64,000 nucleotides of DNA from Eubacteriales bacterium (lineage in GTDB: Bacteria > Bacillota > Clostridia > Oscillospirales > CAG-272). A program made the translations under genes and the position numbers. The notes beneath the pieces were generated by a model that was not told where the DNA came from, did no database searches, and saw nothing but the letters and a program-made list of their open reading frames with translations. The DNA lies in the NCBI GenBank assembly GCA_045580085.1, contig JAZNND010000038.1, forward strand, positions 38,410-102,409, in the 5' to 3' direction. This document shows positions 17,584 to 27,282 of this stretch, piece after piece. Within the stretch, counting starts at the first letter, position 1. Every line of letters begins with the position of its first letter.

Positions 17584-18297
17584 ATGATGCGGCTGGATAA
17601 ATTCTTTTCCGAGCAGGGCATTCTTTCCCGCAAGGATACGGCGCGAGCCGTCAGCCGCGGTGAGATCACGGTAAACGGAAGTGCGCCGCGTCGCGCGGAC
17701 GTTAAGATCGACGAGGAAAAGGATCTTGTGACCTATCTTGGGCGCACCGTACGCTACAGCCGCTTTGTTTATATTATGCTCAACAAGCCCGAGGGCTATA
17801 TCAGTGCAACCGAGGACGGAAATGCACCGGTCGTTACCTCGCTTCTTCCGGAAGAGATCAGGCGGCGCGGCGTTTTTCCGTGCGGCAGATTAGACCGTGA
17901 CACGGTTGGCTTTATGCTGATTACCGATGACGGCGAGCTGGCGCATTTGCTGCTTTCTCCCAAAAGGCATGTGGCAAAGCGATATGCTTTTCGGCTTTCC
18001 GCACCGCTTGGCGCGGGTGCGGAGGAACGCTTTAAGCAGGGTGTGATGCTGGGGGAGGAGATTTGCAAGAGCGCGGAGCTCTCTCTTTCTTCGGATCGCC
18101 TATGCGGCGAGATCGTTTTGACCGAGGGCAAATACCATCAGATCAAACGTATGATGCAAAAAGAGGGCAGTGAGGTTGTGTACCTTGAACGGCTTTCTTT
18201 TGCGGATATTCCGCTTGACGCTTCGCTTTCTCGCGGCGAGTGGCGTTATTTGACGGAAGAGGAGATCGCGTATTTGCGCCACAAAGTAAACATTTAA
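17584..18297 (+). CDS. RsuA/RluB-family rRNA pseudouridine synthase
   Basis: It has an N-terminal S4 domain (MRLDKFFSEQGILSRKDTARAV) and the catalytic motif GRLDRDTVGFMLITDDGEL. The start is the ATG at 17584. Confidence 0.85.
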   Translation: MMRLDKFFSEQGILSRKDTARAVSRGEITVNGSAPRRADVKIDEEKDLVTYLGRTVRYSRFVYIMLNKPEGYISATEDGNAPVVTSLLPEEIRRRGVFPCGRLDRDTVGFMLITDDGELAHLLLSPKRHVAKRYAFRLSAPLGAGAEERFKQGVMLGEEICKSAELSLSSDRLCGEIVLTEGKYHQIKRMMQKEGSEVVYLERLSFADIPLDASLSRGEWRYLTEEEIAYLRHKVNI

Positions 18298-18317
18298 CCC
18301 AAACGAAAGGAACCAAC

Positions 18318-20480
18318 ATGGACATTATCAAGAAATTAGCCGAAGAACTGAATTTTAGCGAAGAACATATCACCAAGGCGGTGGAGATGCTCGACGAGGG
18401 CAACACCGTTCCTTTTATCGCGCGTTACCGCAAAGAGGTCACGGGGAGTATGGACGATGAAACGCTTCGTACGCTTGCCGACCGTCTTACCTACTTGCGC
18501 CATTTGGACGAGCGTCGCGAGGATATCACGGCTTCTATCACGGCACAAGAAAAGATGACGCCCGAGCTTGCCGCCGCAATCGAGCGCGCGGTGACGCTTG
18601 TTGAGCTTGAGGATTTGTATCTTCCTTACCGTCCGAAGCGCAAAACACGTGCTTCCGTGGCTCGTGAGAGAGGACTTGAACCGCTTGCGGCGTTGATCGC
18701 GTCCGAGCCCGATGCTTTGGAGGCACCATTGGAGACGCTTGCCGAGGCTTATCTCAACGAAGAAAACGGTCTTCCCGATGTTGCCGCCGTATTGCAGGGC
18801 GCATCGGATATTATTGCCGAGGATATTTCCGATACGGCGGATTACAGAAAGCTTTTGCGTTCGTATGTGGGCGAGTTTGGTGTGCTTTCCACGCGTGCCG
18901 CCAAGGAGGGCGAGGACTCGGTTTATGCCGATTATTACGAATATGCCGAGCCTGTTCCGAAGGTACGTCCGCACCGTGTTCTTGCCATCAATCGCGGCGA
19001 AAAAGAGGGCTTCTTGAAGGTTTCTTTGACGGTGGATACAACGGTTGCCATCGGCAAGCTCTGCGCCGCCTGCATTAAAAACGAGGGCTCTGCGGTGAAG
19101 GAATTTTTGACCGCCGCGGCAACGGACAGCTTTGAAAGACTTATTTATCCCGCGATTGAGCGTGAGATTCGCAACGAGATGTTTGACAATGCCGCCGAGG
19201 GCGCGCTCAAGGTCTTTTCCGAAAATTTGAAAAATCTGCTTTTGATCGCGCCCGTCAAAGGAAAGACGGTTCTTGGCTTCGATCCCGGTTACGCGCACGG
19301 CTGTAAGCTTGCGGTGGTCGATAAGACGGGTAAATATCTTTACAGCACCGTGATTTATCCCACCAAGCCCCGTGAGGATACGGAGCGCGCGGCTAAGATC
19401 TTGCTTGATCTTGTGCGCAAATACGGTGTTGAGATCATCGCCATCGGCAACGGAACGGCATCCCGTGAGAGCGAGAAATTTGTTGCGGATTTGATTCACG
19501 AAAACGGTCTTAAGGTGGCGTATACCATCGTTTCGGAGTCGGGTGCGTCGGTTTATTCCGCTACCGAGCTTGCCAAGGAAGAGTTCCCCGATCTCGACGT
19601 AAACGAGCGCAGTGCGGTTTCTATCGCGCGCCGCTTGCAGGATCCGCTTGCCGAGCTTGTCAAGGTGGATCCCATGGCGATCGGTGTCGGTCAGTATCAG
19701 CACGATATGAATCCCAAGCGTTTGTCCGAGGCTTTGGGCGGCGTTGTGGAGGATTGTGTTAACAGCGTCGGTGTGGATTTGAACACGGCTTCCGCGTCTC
19801 TTCTTTCGTATATTTCGGGCGTTAACAAGGCGATTGCCAAGAATATTGTGGCGTATCGCGAGGAAAACGGCGAGTTCAAGAGCCGTGCAAAACTTCTTAA
19901 GGTGCCGAAGCTCGGCGCTAAGGCGTATGAGCAGTGCGCCGGTTTCTTGCGCGTGGTGGGATCGGATGAGATTTTAGATAATACCGGTGTGCATCCCGAG
20001 TCCTATACGGTTGCCAAGGCTTTGCTTGCCCGTTTCGATTATACCGAGGATGACGTTCGTGCCGGTTCTTTGCAGTTAATGCGCCATAAGGCGGAGACTT
20101 TCGGCATCGGCAAGCTTGCCGCCGAGCTTGGGTGCGGCGAACCCACCTTGATCGATATCATCGGTGAGCTTGAAAAGCCCGGTCGCGACTCGCGCGACGA
20201 CGCGCCCGCCCCCATCCTTCGCACCGACGTACTTGAAATGAAGGATTTGAGCGAGGGTATGGTTCTGAAAGGAACGGTGCGTAACGTAGTCGATTTCGGC
20301 GCGTTTATCGATATCGGTGTGCATGAGGACGGACTTTTGCACATCTCCGAGATGGCAGACCGTTTTGTCAAGCATCCGCGTGATCTTTTGGCGGTCGGAG
20401 ACGTTGTTGAGGTTAAGATTAAATCGGTTGACATGCAAAGAAAGCGCATTTCTTTGACACGTAAAGGCATGGCGCAATGA
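18318..20480 (+). CDS. tex: Tex-like transcription accessory protein (S1 RNA-binding domain protein)
   Basis: The N terminus MDIIKKLAEELNFSEEHITKAVEMLDEGNTVPFIARYRKE is a classic Tex start. It has a YqgF-like centre and a C-terminal S1 domain (GMVLKGTVRNVVDFGAFIDIGVHEDGLLHISE). Confidence 0.9.
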   Translation: MDIIKKLAEELNFSEEHITKAVEMLDEGNTVPFIARYRKEVTGSMDDETLRTLADRLTYLRHLDERREDITASITAQEKMTPELAAAIERAVTLVELEDLYLPYRPKRKTRASVARERGLEPLAALIASEPDALEAPLETLAEAYLNEENGLPDVAAVLQGASDIIAEDISDTADYRKLLRSYVGEFGVLSTRAAKEGEDSVYADYYEYAEPVPKVRPHRVLAINRGEKEGFLKVSLTVDTTVAIGKLCAACIKNEGSAVKEFLTAAATDSFERLIYPAIEREIRNEMFDNAAEGALKVFSENLKNLLLIAPVKGKTVLGFDPGYAHGCKLAVVDKTGKYLYSTVIYPTKPREDTERAAKILLDLVRKYGVEIIAIGNGTASRESEKFVADLIHENGLKVAYTIVSESGASVYSATELAKEEFPDLDVNERSAVSIARRLQDPLAELVKVDPMAIGVGQYQHDMNPKRLSEALGGVVEDCVNSVGVDLNTASASLLSYISGVNKAIAKNIVAYREENGEFKSRAKLLKVPKLGAKAYEQCAGFLRVVGSDEILDNTGVHPESYTVAKALLARFDYTEDDVRAGSLQLMRHKAETFGIGKLAAELGCGEPTLIDIIGELEKPGRDSRDDAPAPILRTDVLEMKDLSEGMVLKGTVRNVVDFGAFIDIGVHEDGLLHISEMADRFVKHPRDLLAVGDVVEVKIKSVDMQRKRISLTRKGMAQ

Positions 20481-20670
20481 CGTTCTAATAAATTAGAATA
20501 ACATCCGAGACTGATCACTGCTTCGTCACTTATATGTCGACATGTTTGTGCATATCCACCAAAAGACGGTATAAAATTTTGGTGAGAAAACCACTTTTCA
20601 AATGGCATACTTTTTGTTATAATATGTAATGTAAAAAAGAATGTCCGCAAGGACAAAAAGGAGAAAAAAG

Positions 20671-21804
20671 ATGGCTAGTCTTTCGCTTAAGCATATTTAC
20701 AAGAAATATCCCGGCGGCGTTACCGCAGTATCCGACTTTGATCTCGAGATCAAAGACAAAGAATTTTTGATCTTCGTTGGTCCTTCCGGTTGCGGTAAGT
20801 CCACCACCCTTCGTATGATCGCAGGTCTTGAGGAAATCACCGAGGGTGAGCTCTTCATCGGTGACACGCTCGTAAACGACGTTGCACCTAAGGACCGTGA
20901 TATCGCGATGGTGTTCCAGAACTACGCTTTGTATCCTCATATGACTGTTTATGAGAACATGGCATTCGGTTTGAAGCTCCGCAAAATGTCCAAGGAGGAG
21001 ATCAAGCGCCGCGTTGAAGAGGCTGCTAAGATCCTCGATATCAACCACCTTCTCGAAAGAAAGCCGAAGGCTTTGTCCGGCGGTCAGAAGCAGCGTGTTG
21101 CGCTCGGCCGTGCAATCGTTCGTTCGCCTAAGGTATTCCTTCTTGACGAGCCTCTTTCCAACCTTGACGCTAAGCTCCGTGCATCCATGAGAACCGAGCT
21201 TACCAAGCTTCATAAGAAGGTTGGTACCACCTTTATCTACGTTACGCATGACCAGACCGAGGCTATGACGATGGCTACCCGTATCGTTGTTATGAAGGAC
21301 GGTCTCATTCAGCAGGTTGATACTCCTCAAAACCTCTATGATTATCCCGTTAACCTCTTCGTTGCCGGCTTTATCGGTACTCCTCAGATGAACTTTGTTA
21401 CCGGTAAGCTCGTAAAGAAGGCTGACGATCTCTATGTCGAGTTCGGCAACACCTCTATTAAGCTTCCCGCTGACAAGGCAGCTAACCCTGCTCTTCTCGA
21501 GTATATCGACAAGGAAGTTGTTATGGGTATCCGTCCCGAGCACATCCATGACGAGCCCAGCGTTATCTCCATGAGACCTGACAGCTTGATGGATGCTACC
21601 GTTGACGTTACCGAGCTTATGGGTGCTGAGATTTATCTCTATCTCGAATTTGAGGGCCAGGAGGATGCTACCAACGGCAAGACCTTGATTGCGCGTGTAT
21701 CTTCCCGTTCTCAGTCTCGTGCAGGCGACCAGATTAAGGTTGCCATCGACGCTGAAAGAATCCATATCTTTGATAAGGATACCGAGCGTTGCATCGTTCA
21801 CTAA
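20671..21804 (+). CDS. Sugar ABC transporter ATP-binding protein (MsmX/MalK/UgpC type)
   Basis: Walker [10 protein letters not shown], signature LSGGQKQR, Walker [15 protein letters not shown] lies upstream of the ATG at 20671. Confidence 0.9.
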   Translation: MASLSLKHIYKKYPGGVTAVSDFDLEIKDKEFLIFVGPSGCGKSTTLRMIAGLEEITEGELFIGDTLVNDVAPKDRDIAMVFQNYALYPHMTVYENMAFGLKLRKMSKEEIKRRVEEAAKILDINHLLERKPKALSGGQKQRVALGRAIVRSPKVFLLDEPLSNLDAKLRASMRTELTKLHKKVGTTFIYVTHDQTEAMTMATRIVVMKDGLIQQVDTPQNLYDYPVNLFVAGFIGTPQMNFVTGKLVKKADDLYVEFGNTSIKLPADKAANPALLEYIDKEVVMGIRPEHIHDEPSVISMRPDSLMDATVDVTELMGAEIYLYLEFEGQEDATNGKTLIARVSSRSQSRAGDQIKVAIDAERIHIFDKDTERCIVH

Positions 21805-21816
21805 TCTTAAAAGCAA

Positions 21817-21848
21817 GGGGCTGAGTCATACTCAGCCCCGCTATTTTT
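21817..21848 (+). terminator. Rho-independent terminator
   Basis: GGGGCTGAGT-CAT-ACTCAGCCCC, followed by GCTATTTTT. Confidence 0.75.
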
Positions 21849-21941
21849 GCCGTAGAGTGGATCGCGGTATTTTAAACCGCGAATCCCAAGGTTTTGAAAC
21901 AATATGATGAGGGTTTTGAAAGCCCTAAAGGAAGGAAAAAG

Positions 21942-22646
21942 ATGCCTATTTACCGTATTGCCGATTTTTTGTGGGACATTGAGCCGAAATACAGCTTAGT
22001 TCCCAAAATAGCGGAAGCGTACCGTGCGGATGCCGCACAGGCGGATTTTTCCGTGCGCGTGTCGGATGCCGCGTTTGCCAAGGCAAGGGCGGAGCTTCCT
22101 TCCGCTTCCGATGCGTATGTGGAAAGCATTTGCACCTATCGCGAGCTTTGCGATATTGCCTCTCGCAACGGCACCATGCTTTTGCATGCGGCGACGGTTA
22201 AGGTGGCGGGCAAGGCGTATGCATTCAGTGCGCCCAGCGGAACGGGAAAGAGCACACATATTCGCCTTTGGCGGAAGGTTTACGGCGAAAAAATTGCTAT
22301 TTTGAACGGGGATAAGCCCTTGGTGCGTGAAAAGGACGGTGTGATCACCGCCTATGGCACGCCTTGGTGCGGTAAAGAAGGGTGGAATGCCAACGATCAA
22401 GCACCTTTGGCGGCTCTTTGCTTTATCGAGCGAGCCGAAACGCCTAAAATTCGCGTGATGAGCAGCGATGAGGCGGTTTCCCGCGTGTTTGGGCAGCTTT
22501 TGAAGCCGACTCATGCGGAAGGTGTGAAGGAGATTTTGCGCTTGACGGATATTTTGATCCGAAATGTGCCGCTGTATCTTCTTTCCTGTGACATTTCCGA
22601 AGCCGCCGCACGGCTTTCTTTTGAGACTTTAACTGCGTCTCATTGA
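21942..22646 (+). CDS. HPr-kinase-C-terminal-like P-loop protein (ScmC/HprK-related type)
   Basis: LLHAATVKVAGKAYAFSAPSGTGKSTHIRLW...ILNGDKPLV resembles the HprK-like LHA..V...G.a....GpSG.GKST core. AAGGAAGGA lies upstream of the ATG at 21942. Confidence 0.5.
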   Translation: MPIYRIADFLWDIEPKYSLVPKIAEAYRADAAQADFSVRVSDAAFAKARAELPSASDAYVESICTYRELCDIASRNGTMLLHAATVKVAGKAYAFSAPSGTGKSTHIRLWRKVYGEKIAILNGDKPLVREKDGVITAYGTPWCGKEGWNANDQAPLAALCFIERAETPKIRVMSSDEAVSRVFGQLLKPTHAEGVKEILRLTDILIRNVPLYLLSCDISEAAARLSFETLTASH

Positions 22647-22680
22647 TAAAAATATAAAAAGAACGGAGCAAATCGGTGAT

Positions 22681-22944
22681 ATGAAAATTCGTGAAGGATA
22701 TATGTTAAGCGATGTAGCGGGAACTCCCGTTGTTGTGCCGCTTGGCGCAGAAACAAGCTTTCACAACATGATCAAGCTCAACGAGACGGGCAAGTTTTTG
22801 TGGGAAAAGCTTTCGAAAGACATCACGCGTGAGGCACTCGTTGCCGCCATGGTAGAAGAATACGGCATTGACGACGCGACGGCAGGCAAGGATTTAGATG
22901 CTTTTTTGCATGCCCTTGCGAGCTTCGGCGCATTGGAGAAATAA
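22681..22944 (+). CDS. PqqD-family (RRE-like) small protein
   Basis: It is 87 aa. The pattern G..vvvpl.........LNETGKFLWEKL...T.E.L...M.EEYGID...A..DLDAFL..L...G fits PqqD. Confidence 0.65.
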   Translation: MKIREGYMLSDVAGTPVVVPLGAETSFHNMIKLNETGKFLWEKLSKDITREALVAAMVEEYGIDDATAGKDLDAFLHALASFGALEK

Positions 22945-22946
22945 AA

Positions 22947-22980
22947 AAATGGGGCTTTGTGCAAAACGCAAGCCCCATTT
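22947..22980. terminator. Bidirectional terminator between convergent genes
   Basis: AAATGGGGCTT ... AAGCCCCATTT, with A/T runs on both sides. Confidence 0.6.
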
Positions 22981-22992
22981 GTTCCATATAGG

Positions 22993-23181
22993 TTAGTCTA
23001 ATTCCCAGTTTAAATCATCCTTTTCGGGATCTTCTCCCTCTGAGAGGTTGCCTTGGGATGAGGAAGGCGGGTTTTTGTCCTTGTTATTCTCTTCTTCATC
23101 GTCCTTACAAGCAAAGAGAAGAGAGAAGGAGAGCGCGCAAGCCAGAAGGCAGGCGAAAACACGGCACAGCTTTTGTTTCAT
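22993..23181 (-). CDS. Small acidic lipoprotein (62 aa)
   Basis: MKQKLCRVFACLLACALSFSLLFAC has a lipobox-like LLFAC. A D/E/S-rich tail follows. The start is taken at the ATG at 23181. Confidence 0.5.
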   Translation of the reverse strand: MKQKLCRVFACLLACALSFSLLFACKDDEEENNKDKNPPSSSQGNLSEGEDPEKDDLNWELD

Positions 23182-23304
23182 TTTGCATATCCTTTCTTTC
23201 AAGGGAGAAATGTGCCAAGGCACCGTTTCTTTTCTTGATGAGATATTATATATTTATTATACCATTTTTAGAAAATCTGTCAATCCCTTTTTAGGAGTTC
23301 GCTT

Positions 23305-25590
23305 ATGAAAAACATGAATGAATCGGAAATTTTGTATTTTGATGCGCCCGGCACGGCGTTTACCGATGCTTTGCCGCTTGGAAACGGGGCATTGGGTGCC
23401 ATGCTTTACGGTCATCCCATTCAAGAGAAGCTTTCTTTGAATCATGAGGAACTTTGGACCGGTTTTCCGCGCGATGGGGATCTTTTCTCCTCTGCCGCCG
23501 AGGTTTCGCGCGCAAGAGAGCTTGCTATGTCGGGTGATCGGCTTGGCGCGGACCGCCTTTTAAAAGAAAGCATGCAAAGAGTCAATGCCGAGTCTTATCA
23601 GCCGATGGGAGATTTGCTTCTTTCTTTTCCCGAAGGGGAAGTGAAGGGGTACAGCCGTTCTCTCGATTTAACCGACGCTGTTGCCCGCGTGGATTACACG
23701 CGAGATGGAATTGGGTATCACGAAGAGGTTTTCGTTTCCTATCCCGCGCATGCGCTGGTAATGCGTATTGAGGCGGAAAAGCAGGGGGCGCTTTCGTTTG
23801 GTGTATCCTTTGCTTCGCCTTTGAAGCATGAAACTGCCGCTTTGGGTGAAGCCTTTGTGATTGACGGCGAGTGCATGGCAAACTCCGAATTCAACCGCAA
23901 AAATGTAGAGGGGCGTAATTTTACTTATTCTGACAAAGACGAGGAACGCGGCATTTGCTTCCGTACGTCGGTTAAGCTTTTGAGCGACGGTGCAGTTACT
24001 TATCGCGAAAACGGGATTTCTTTGGAAGGTGCTTCGCATGCCACGCTTTACCTTTGCTGTGTGACCTCTTTTAACGGGTATCAAAAGCATCCCTTTTTAG
24101 AAGGAAAGGAATATAAAGTGGCATCTTTGACGGCTCTTTCGAATGCTTGTGCTTCGGATTATGAAGCGGTCAAAGCTTCACATATTGCAGACTACAAGTC
24201 GTTTTATGACCGTGTGAGTCTTCGAATCCCCTATGCACCCACAAACCTCACCCTGCCTGCTCGCCTTGCGGCGTTGCAAGAGGGAAAGGAGGATACGGCA
24301 CTTTATCTGCTCTTGTTCCATTATGGCAGATATTTAACCATCTCCTCCTCTCGCGCAGGCGGTCAGGCGACCAATTTGCAAGGCATTTGGAACGATTTGC
24401 TGTGCCCGCCGTGGCACTGCAATTACACCTTGAATATTAACACCGAGATGAATTACTATCCTACTCTTGCGGTAGGACTCACCGAGCTTTACGAGCCGCT
24501 TTTGCGCATGATCAGGGAAATGTCGGTGACGGGCGAAAAAACAGCGCGTGTGATTTACGGCAAGGAAGGCTTTGTCAGCCATCACAATTCGGATATTTGG
24601 CGTATGACATACCCCTCTCAGGGGGAGACAAAGTGGCTTTATTGGCCGATGTCGGCGGGGTGGTTATGCCGTCACTTGATGGAGTATTATGAGTATACGT
24701 TAGATAAGGACTTTCTTCGCGAAACGGCATATCCCATCATGCGCCGTGCGGCGGTGTTCTATCTTTCGATGTTGACGGAGGATGGGGAAGGGTATCTCAT
24801 TATGTCTCCATCCACCTCTCCCGAAAACTGCTTTTTTGAAAACGGTGAGCCTTGCGGTGCGGCGGAGACTTCCACTATGACGGTTTCCATCATTCGCGAG
24901 CTCTTCTCGAATCTTCTCTACAGCGCGGAATTGCTGGGAGAAAAAGACGGCTTTCTCGCTGAAATCGCTTCGGCGAAGGAGAAGCTTTTGCCCTTGCGGA
25001 TCGGAGAAAAGGGTGATCTTATCGAGTGGTATCGAGACGAGGAATGGGTGGAAAAAGAGCATCGCCACACCTCGCACCTCTACGCGCTCTATCCCGCAAA
25101 CGAGATCACGCCCGACGAAACTCCCGAACTTGCCGAAGCATGCCGCAAGACGCTGTTTTACCGCGGCGATTACGGTACGGGTTGGAGCCTTGGTTGGAAG
25201 ATTTGCTTCTGGGCAAGCCTGTTTGACGGAAATCACGCGCTCACCTTGCTTAAGAATCAACTGAAGCCCGTGGATGCGACGGTCGTTTCCTATGAATGCG
25301 CGGGCGGAACCTATCCCAATCTGCTCGATGCGCATCCGCCGTTCCAGATCGACGGTAATTTTGCCGCGACGGCCGGTGTAACGGCAATGCTTATGCAATC
25401 GAGAAGAAACAAGCTCTTCCTTTTGCCTGCGCTTCCCGATGCATGGAGAGAGGGTGAAGTTAAGGGGCTTCGTGCCAAGGGAGGACTTACGGTTTCCTTC
25501 TCGTGGCGTGACGGTGAGCTCGCTGATTATACCGTAGATGGGAACACCGATGGCATAGAGATTTATGCCAAGGGCAAACGAATCAGATAA
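23305..25590 (+). CDS. Glycoside hydrolase family 95 (alpha-L-fucosidase type)
   Basis: The N-terminal motif is DALPLGNGALGAMLYGHPIQEKLSLNHEELWTG. Its size of about 760 aa fits the family. Confidence 0.8.
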   Translation: MKNMNESEILYFDAPGTAFTDALPLGNGALGAMLYGHPIQEKLSLNHEELWTGFPRDGDLFSSAAEVSRARELAMSGDRLGADRLLKESMQRVNAESYQPMGDLLLSFPEGEVKGYSRSLDLTDAVARVDYTRDGIGYHEEVFVSYPAHALVMRIEAEKQGALSFGVSFASPLKHETAALGEAFVIDGECMANSEFNRKNVEGRNFTYSDKDEERGICFRTSVKLLSDGAVTYRENGISLEGASHATLYLCCVTSFNGYQKHPFLEGKEYKVASLTALSNACASDYEAVKASHIADYKSFYDRVSLRIPYAPTNLTLPARLAALQEGKEDTALYLLLFHYGRYLTISSSRAGGQATNLQGIWNDLLCPPWHCNYTLNINTEMNYYPTLAVGLTELYEPLLRMIREMSVTGEKTARVIYGKEGFVSHHNSDIWRMTYPSQGETKWLYWPMSAGWLCRHLMEYYEYTLDKDFLRETAYPIMRRAAVFYLSMLTEDGEGYLIMSPSTSPENCFFENGEPCGAAETSTMTVSIIRELFSNLLYSAELLGEKDGFLAEIASAKEKLLPLRIGEKGDLIEWYRDEEWVEKEHRHTSHLYALYPANEITPDETPELAEACRKTLFYRGDYGTGWSLGWKICFWASLFDGNHALTLLKNQLKPVDATVVSYECAGGTYPNLLDAHPPFQIDGNFAATAGVTAMLMQSRRNKLFLLPALPDAWREGEVKGLRAKGGLTVSFSWRDGELADYTVDGNTDGIEIYAKGKRIR

Positions 25591-25593
25591 AAT

Positions 25594-25649
25594 AGGGGCT
25601 GCTTCGCCAATTGTGAAGCACCGAAAAGCAACCTAAAGCAGGTGTTTTT
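25594..25649 (+). repeat. 56-nt two-hairpin 3'-UTR element, copy A
   Basis: By hand alignment it matches 53434-53489 at 49 of 56 positions. It begins 4 nt after the GH95 stop. The second hairpin ends in a T-run. Confidence 0.8.
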
Positions 25650-25717
25650 TGCCTTCCCATGGGTATAATTTTGCAAAAAAATCGGCAATTCGCACCTTTA
25701 TCGGCGCAAATTGCCTT

Positions 25718-25747
25718 GGGGCTGAGCTAATGCTCAGCCCCATTTTT
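25718..25747. terminator. Terminator hairpin
   Basis: GGGGCTGAGC-TAAT-GCTCAGCCCC, followed by ATTTTT. Confidence 0.65.
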
Positions 25748-25756
25748 ATGAGGTTA

Positions 25757-27220
25757 TTATTGCTTTTCTTTTGGGCGGGGAAGCAGCTCGTATTCGTAGC
25801 TGTAGGTTGTCCAGTCGCCCACGAAGGTGCTGTCGTACCAACTGGTATTTCCGTTAAAGAGATAGTATTTATGCTCTGATTCTTGGTAAAAGCCGATTAC
25901 AGCACCGTTTTTTACCAAGCAGTTTTTAGGATAAAGATTTAGGAAAGAAGAGGAGCTGCTGCAGCTTGACGTTGCAAACCCGCATTCGTCCGGCGGATCA
26001 AAATCGTCTGTAAAGGTGTATTTGACAACCCATTTGTTGCAAGCGGCGATCAAGGCGGGCCACTCCTTTTCGGAGGCGGGAGAAAGAACAAAACGGCCGT
26101 GATTGGGGATAGAACAGCCCTCCTCTGTTTCTTCAGCGGTTGGGCGATAGCACATTTTGCTTTCGGGCGAAAGCTCGGAGAAGGGAGCAGAGAACGCCGC
26201 GTCAAAGAGAGCGACGGTGGGGCAGCAAGCGCGAAGAAAAACATCTTTTTCCACAGCAGTACCGGAAGGAATCCGGGGTTCATGAAGTGCGCCGCAGAAA
26301 TAGAAGGCTTTTTCACCTATTTTTTTCAAGGTTTGGGGGAGAAAGATCTCGGTCAGTGCTGAGCAACCCGAGAAAGCTTCGCTTTCGATACTCTCTATAC
26401 CGCTGTTCTTTCCGACGGTAACGGTTTTAAGCCGGTCGCAATCCGAAAATGCTCGTTTGCCGATGGTTTTAACGCTGTCTGGAAGGGTGATTTCTTCCAG
26501 CTGTCTGCATTCTTTGAAGGCTTCATCGGCGATGCAGACGGTACCTTCTTTGACGGTGTAGCTGCCAGAGAGGGAGGGTTTTGCCTTGATGAGGTGATTG
26601 GAAATATACAAAACGTCGTTTTCCCAAAAAGCAGAATTGTTGTAACGGTGGGTTCCCTCGAACGCGTGCGCACCGATGCTTCTTACCGTGTCGGGCAGAG
26701 CAATATCGGATAAGCTCTTTGCTCCGTAAAAGGCTTTGGAACCGATGTCGCTCAGGTGGCATTTTTCGCTGAAATTAATCTTCTTAAGAAATGTGCAATC
26801 GTAAAAAGCTTCACTCTCTATGGATAAAAGAGCATCGGGAAAGGTGACGGAGGAAAGCTTTGGACAGTCTTCGAATGTGCCGAATTCAATTTTTTCCAAG
26901 GGGCAATCCGGAGCGATTTTGACCGATTGCAGTGCAGGACAGTGATTGAACGCGAAAGAATCGATTTTTGTCACCGAAGATGGGATGAAGATATTCTTTA
27001 AGCCGGAATGGCTAAAAGCGAACTTTTCAATCGAAGTGACACCGTCATGCAATACGATCCCTTTTAAGTAATGCAGGTACGAACAAGAGCTGTATCCGAT
27101 GACGGTGATGCTTTTGGGAACGGTTAACGCCATATCGTAATAGCATTCGCCTTTTTCAAGCACATGGTCGGGGTGAAAGCCTTTTTTGAAAGAATTGTTG
27201 TAAAACTTCATGCTGTACAC
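25757..27220 (-). CDS. BspA-type leucine-rich repeat protein with an uncharacterised C-terminal domain
   Basis: It has repeated LRR_5-like units (IEKFAFSHSGLKNIFIPSSVTKIDSFAFNHCPALQSV...). No signal peptide is visible. Confidence 0.6.
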   Translation of the reverse strand: MYSMKFYNNSFKKGFHPDHVLEKGECYYDMALTVPKSITVIGYSSCSYLHYLKGIVLHDGVTSIEKFAFSHSGLKNIFIPSSVTKIDSFAFNHCPALQSVKIAPDCPLEKIEFGTFEDCPKLSSVTFPDALLSIESEAFYDCTFLKKINFSEKCHLSDIGSKAFYGAKSLSDIALPDTVRSIGAHAFEGTHRYNNSAFWENDVLYISNHLIKAKPSLSGSYTVKEGTVCIADEAFKECRQLEEITLPDSVKTIGKRAFSDCDRLKTVTVGKNSGIESIESEAFSGCSALTEIFLPQTLKKIGEKAFYFCGALHEPRIPSGTAVEKDVFLRACCPTVALFDAAFSAPFSELSPESKMCYRPTAEETEEGCSIPNHGRFVLSPASEKEWPALIAACNKWVVKYTFTDDFDPPDECGFATSSCSSSSSFLNLYPKNCLVKNGAVIGFYQESEHKYYLFNGNTSWYDSTFVGDWTTYSYEYELLPRPKEKQ

Positions 27221-27282
27221 TCCTTTTTTGAGATCGAAAGTAATTAGGGGCTATCATGGTGAGTGACAGCCCCTTTGAAAGT

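Noticed and set aside
18240-18317. N-terminal extensions suggested by the track for tex (18240), the ABC ATPase (20641), the HprK-like gene (21894), pnp (49114), the MFS gene (35752), folT (17316) and others
   Set aside because: In each case an internal ATG with a proper SD matches the canonical N terminus of the family. The extensions overlap upstream genes or terminators.
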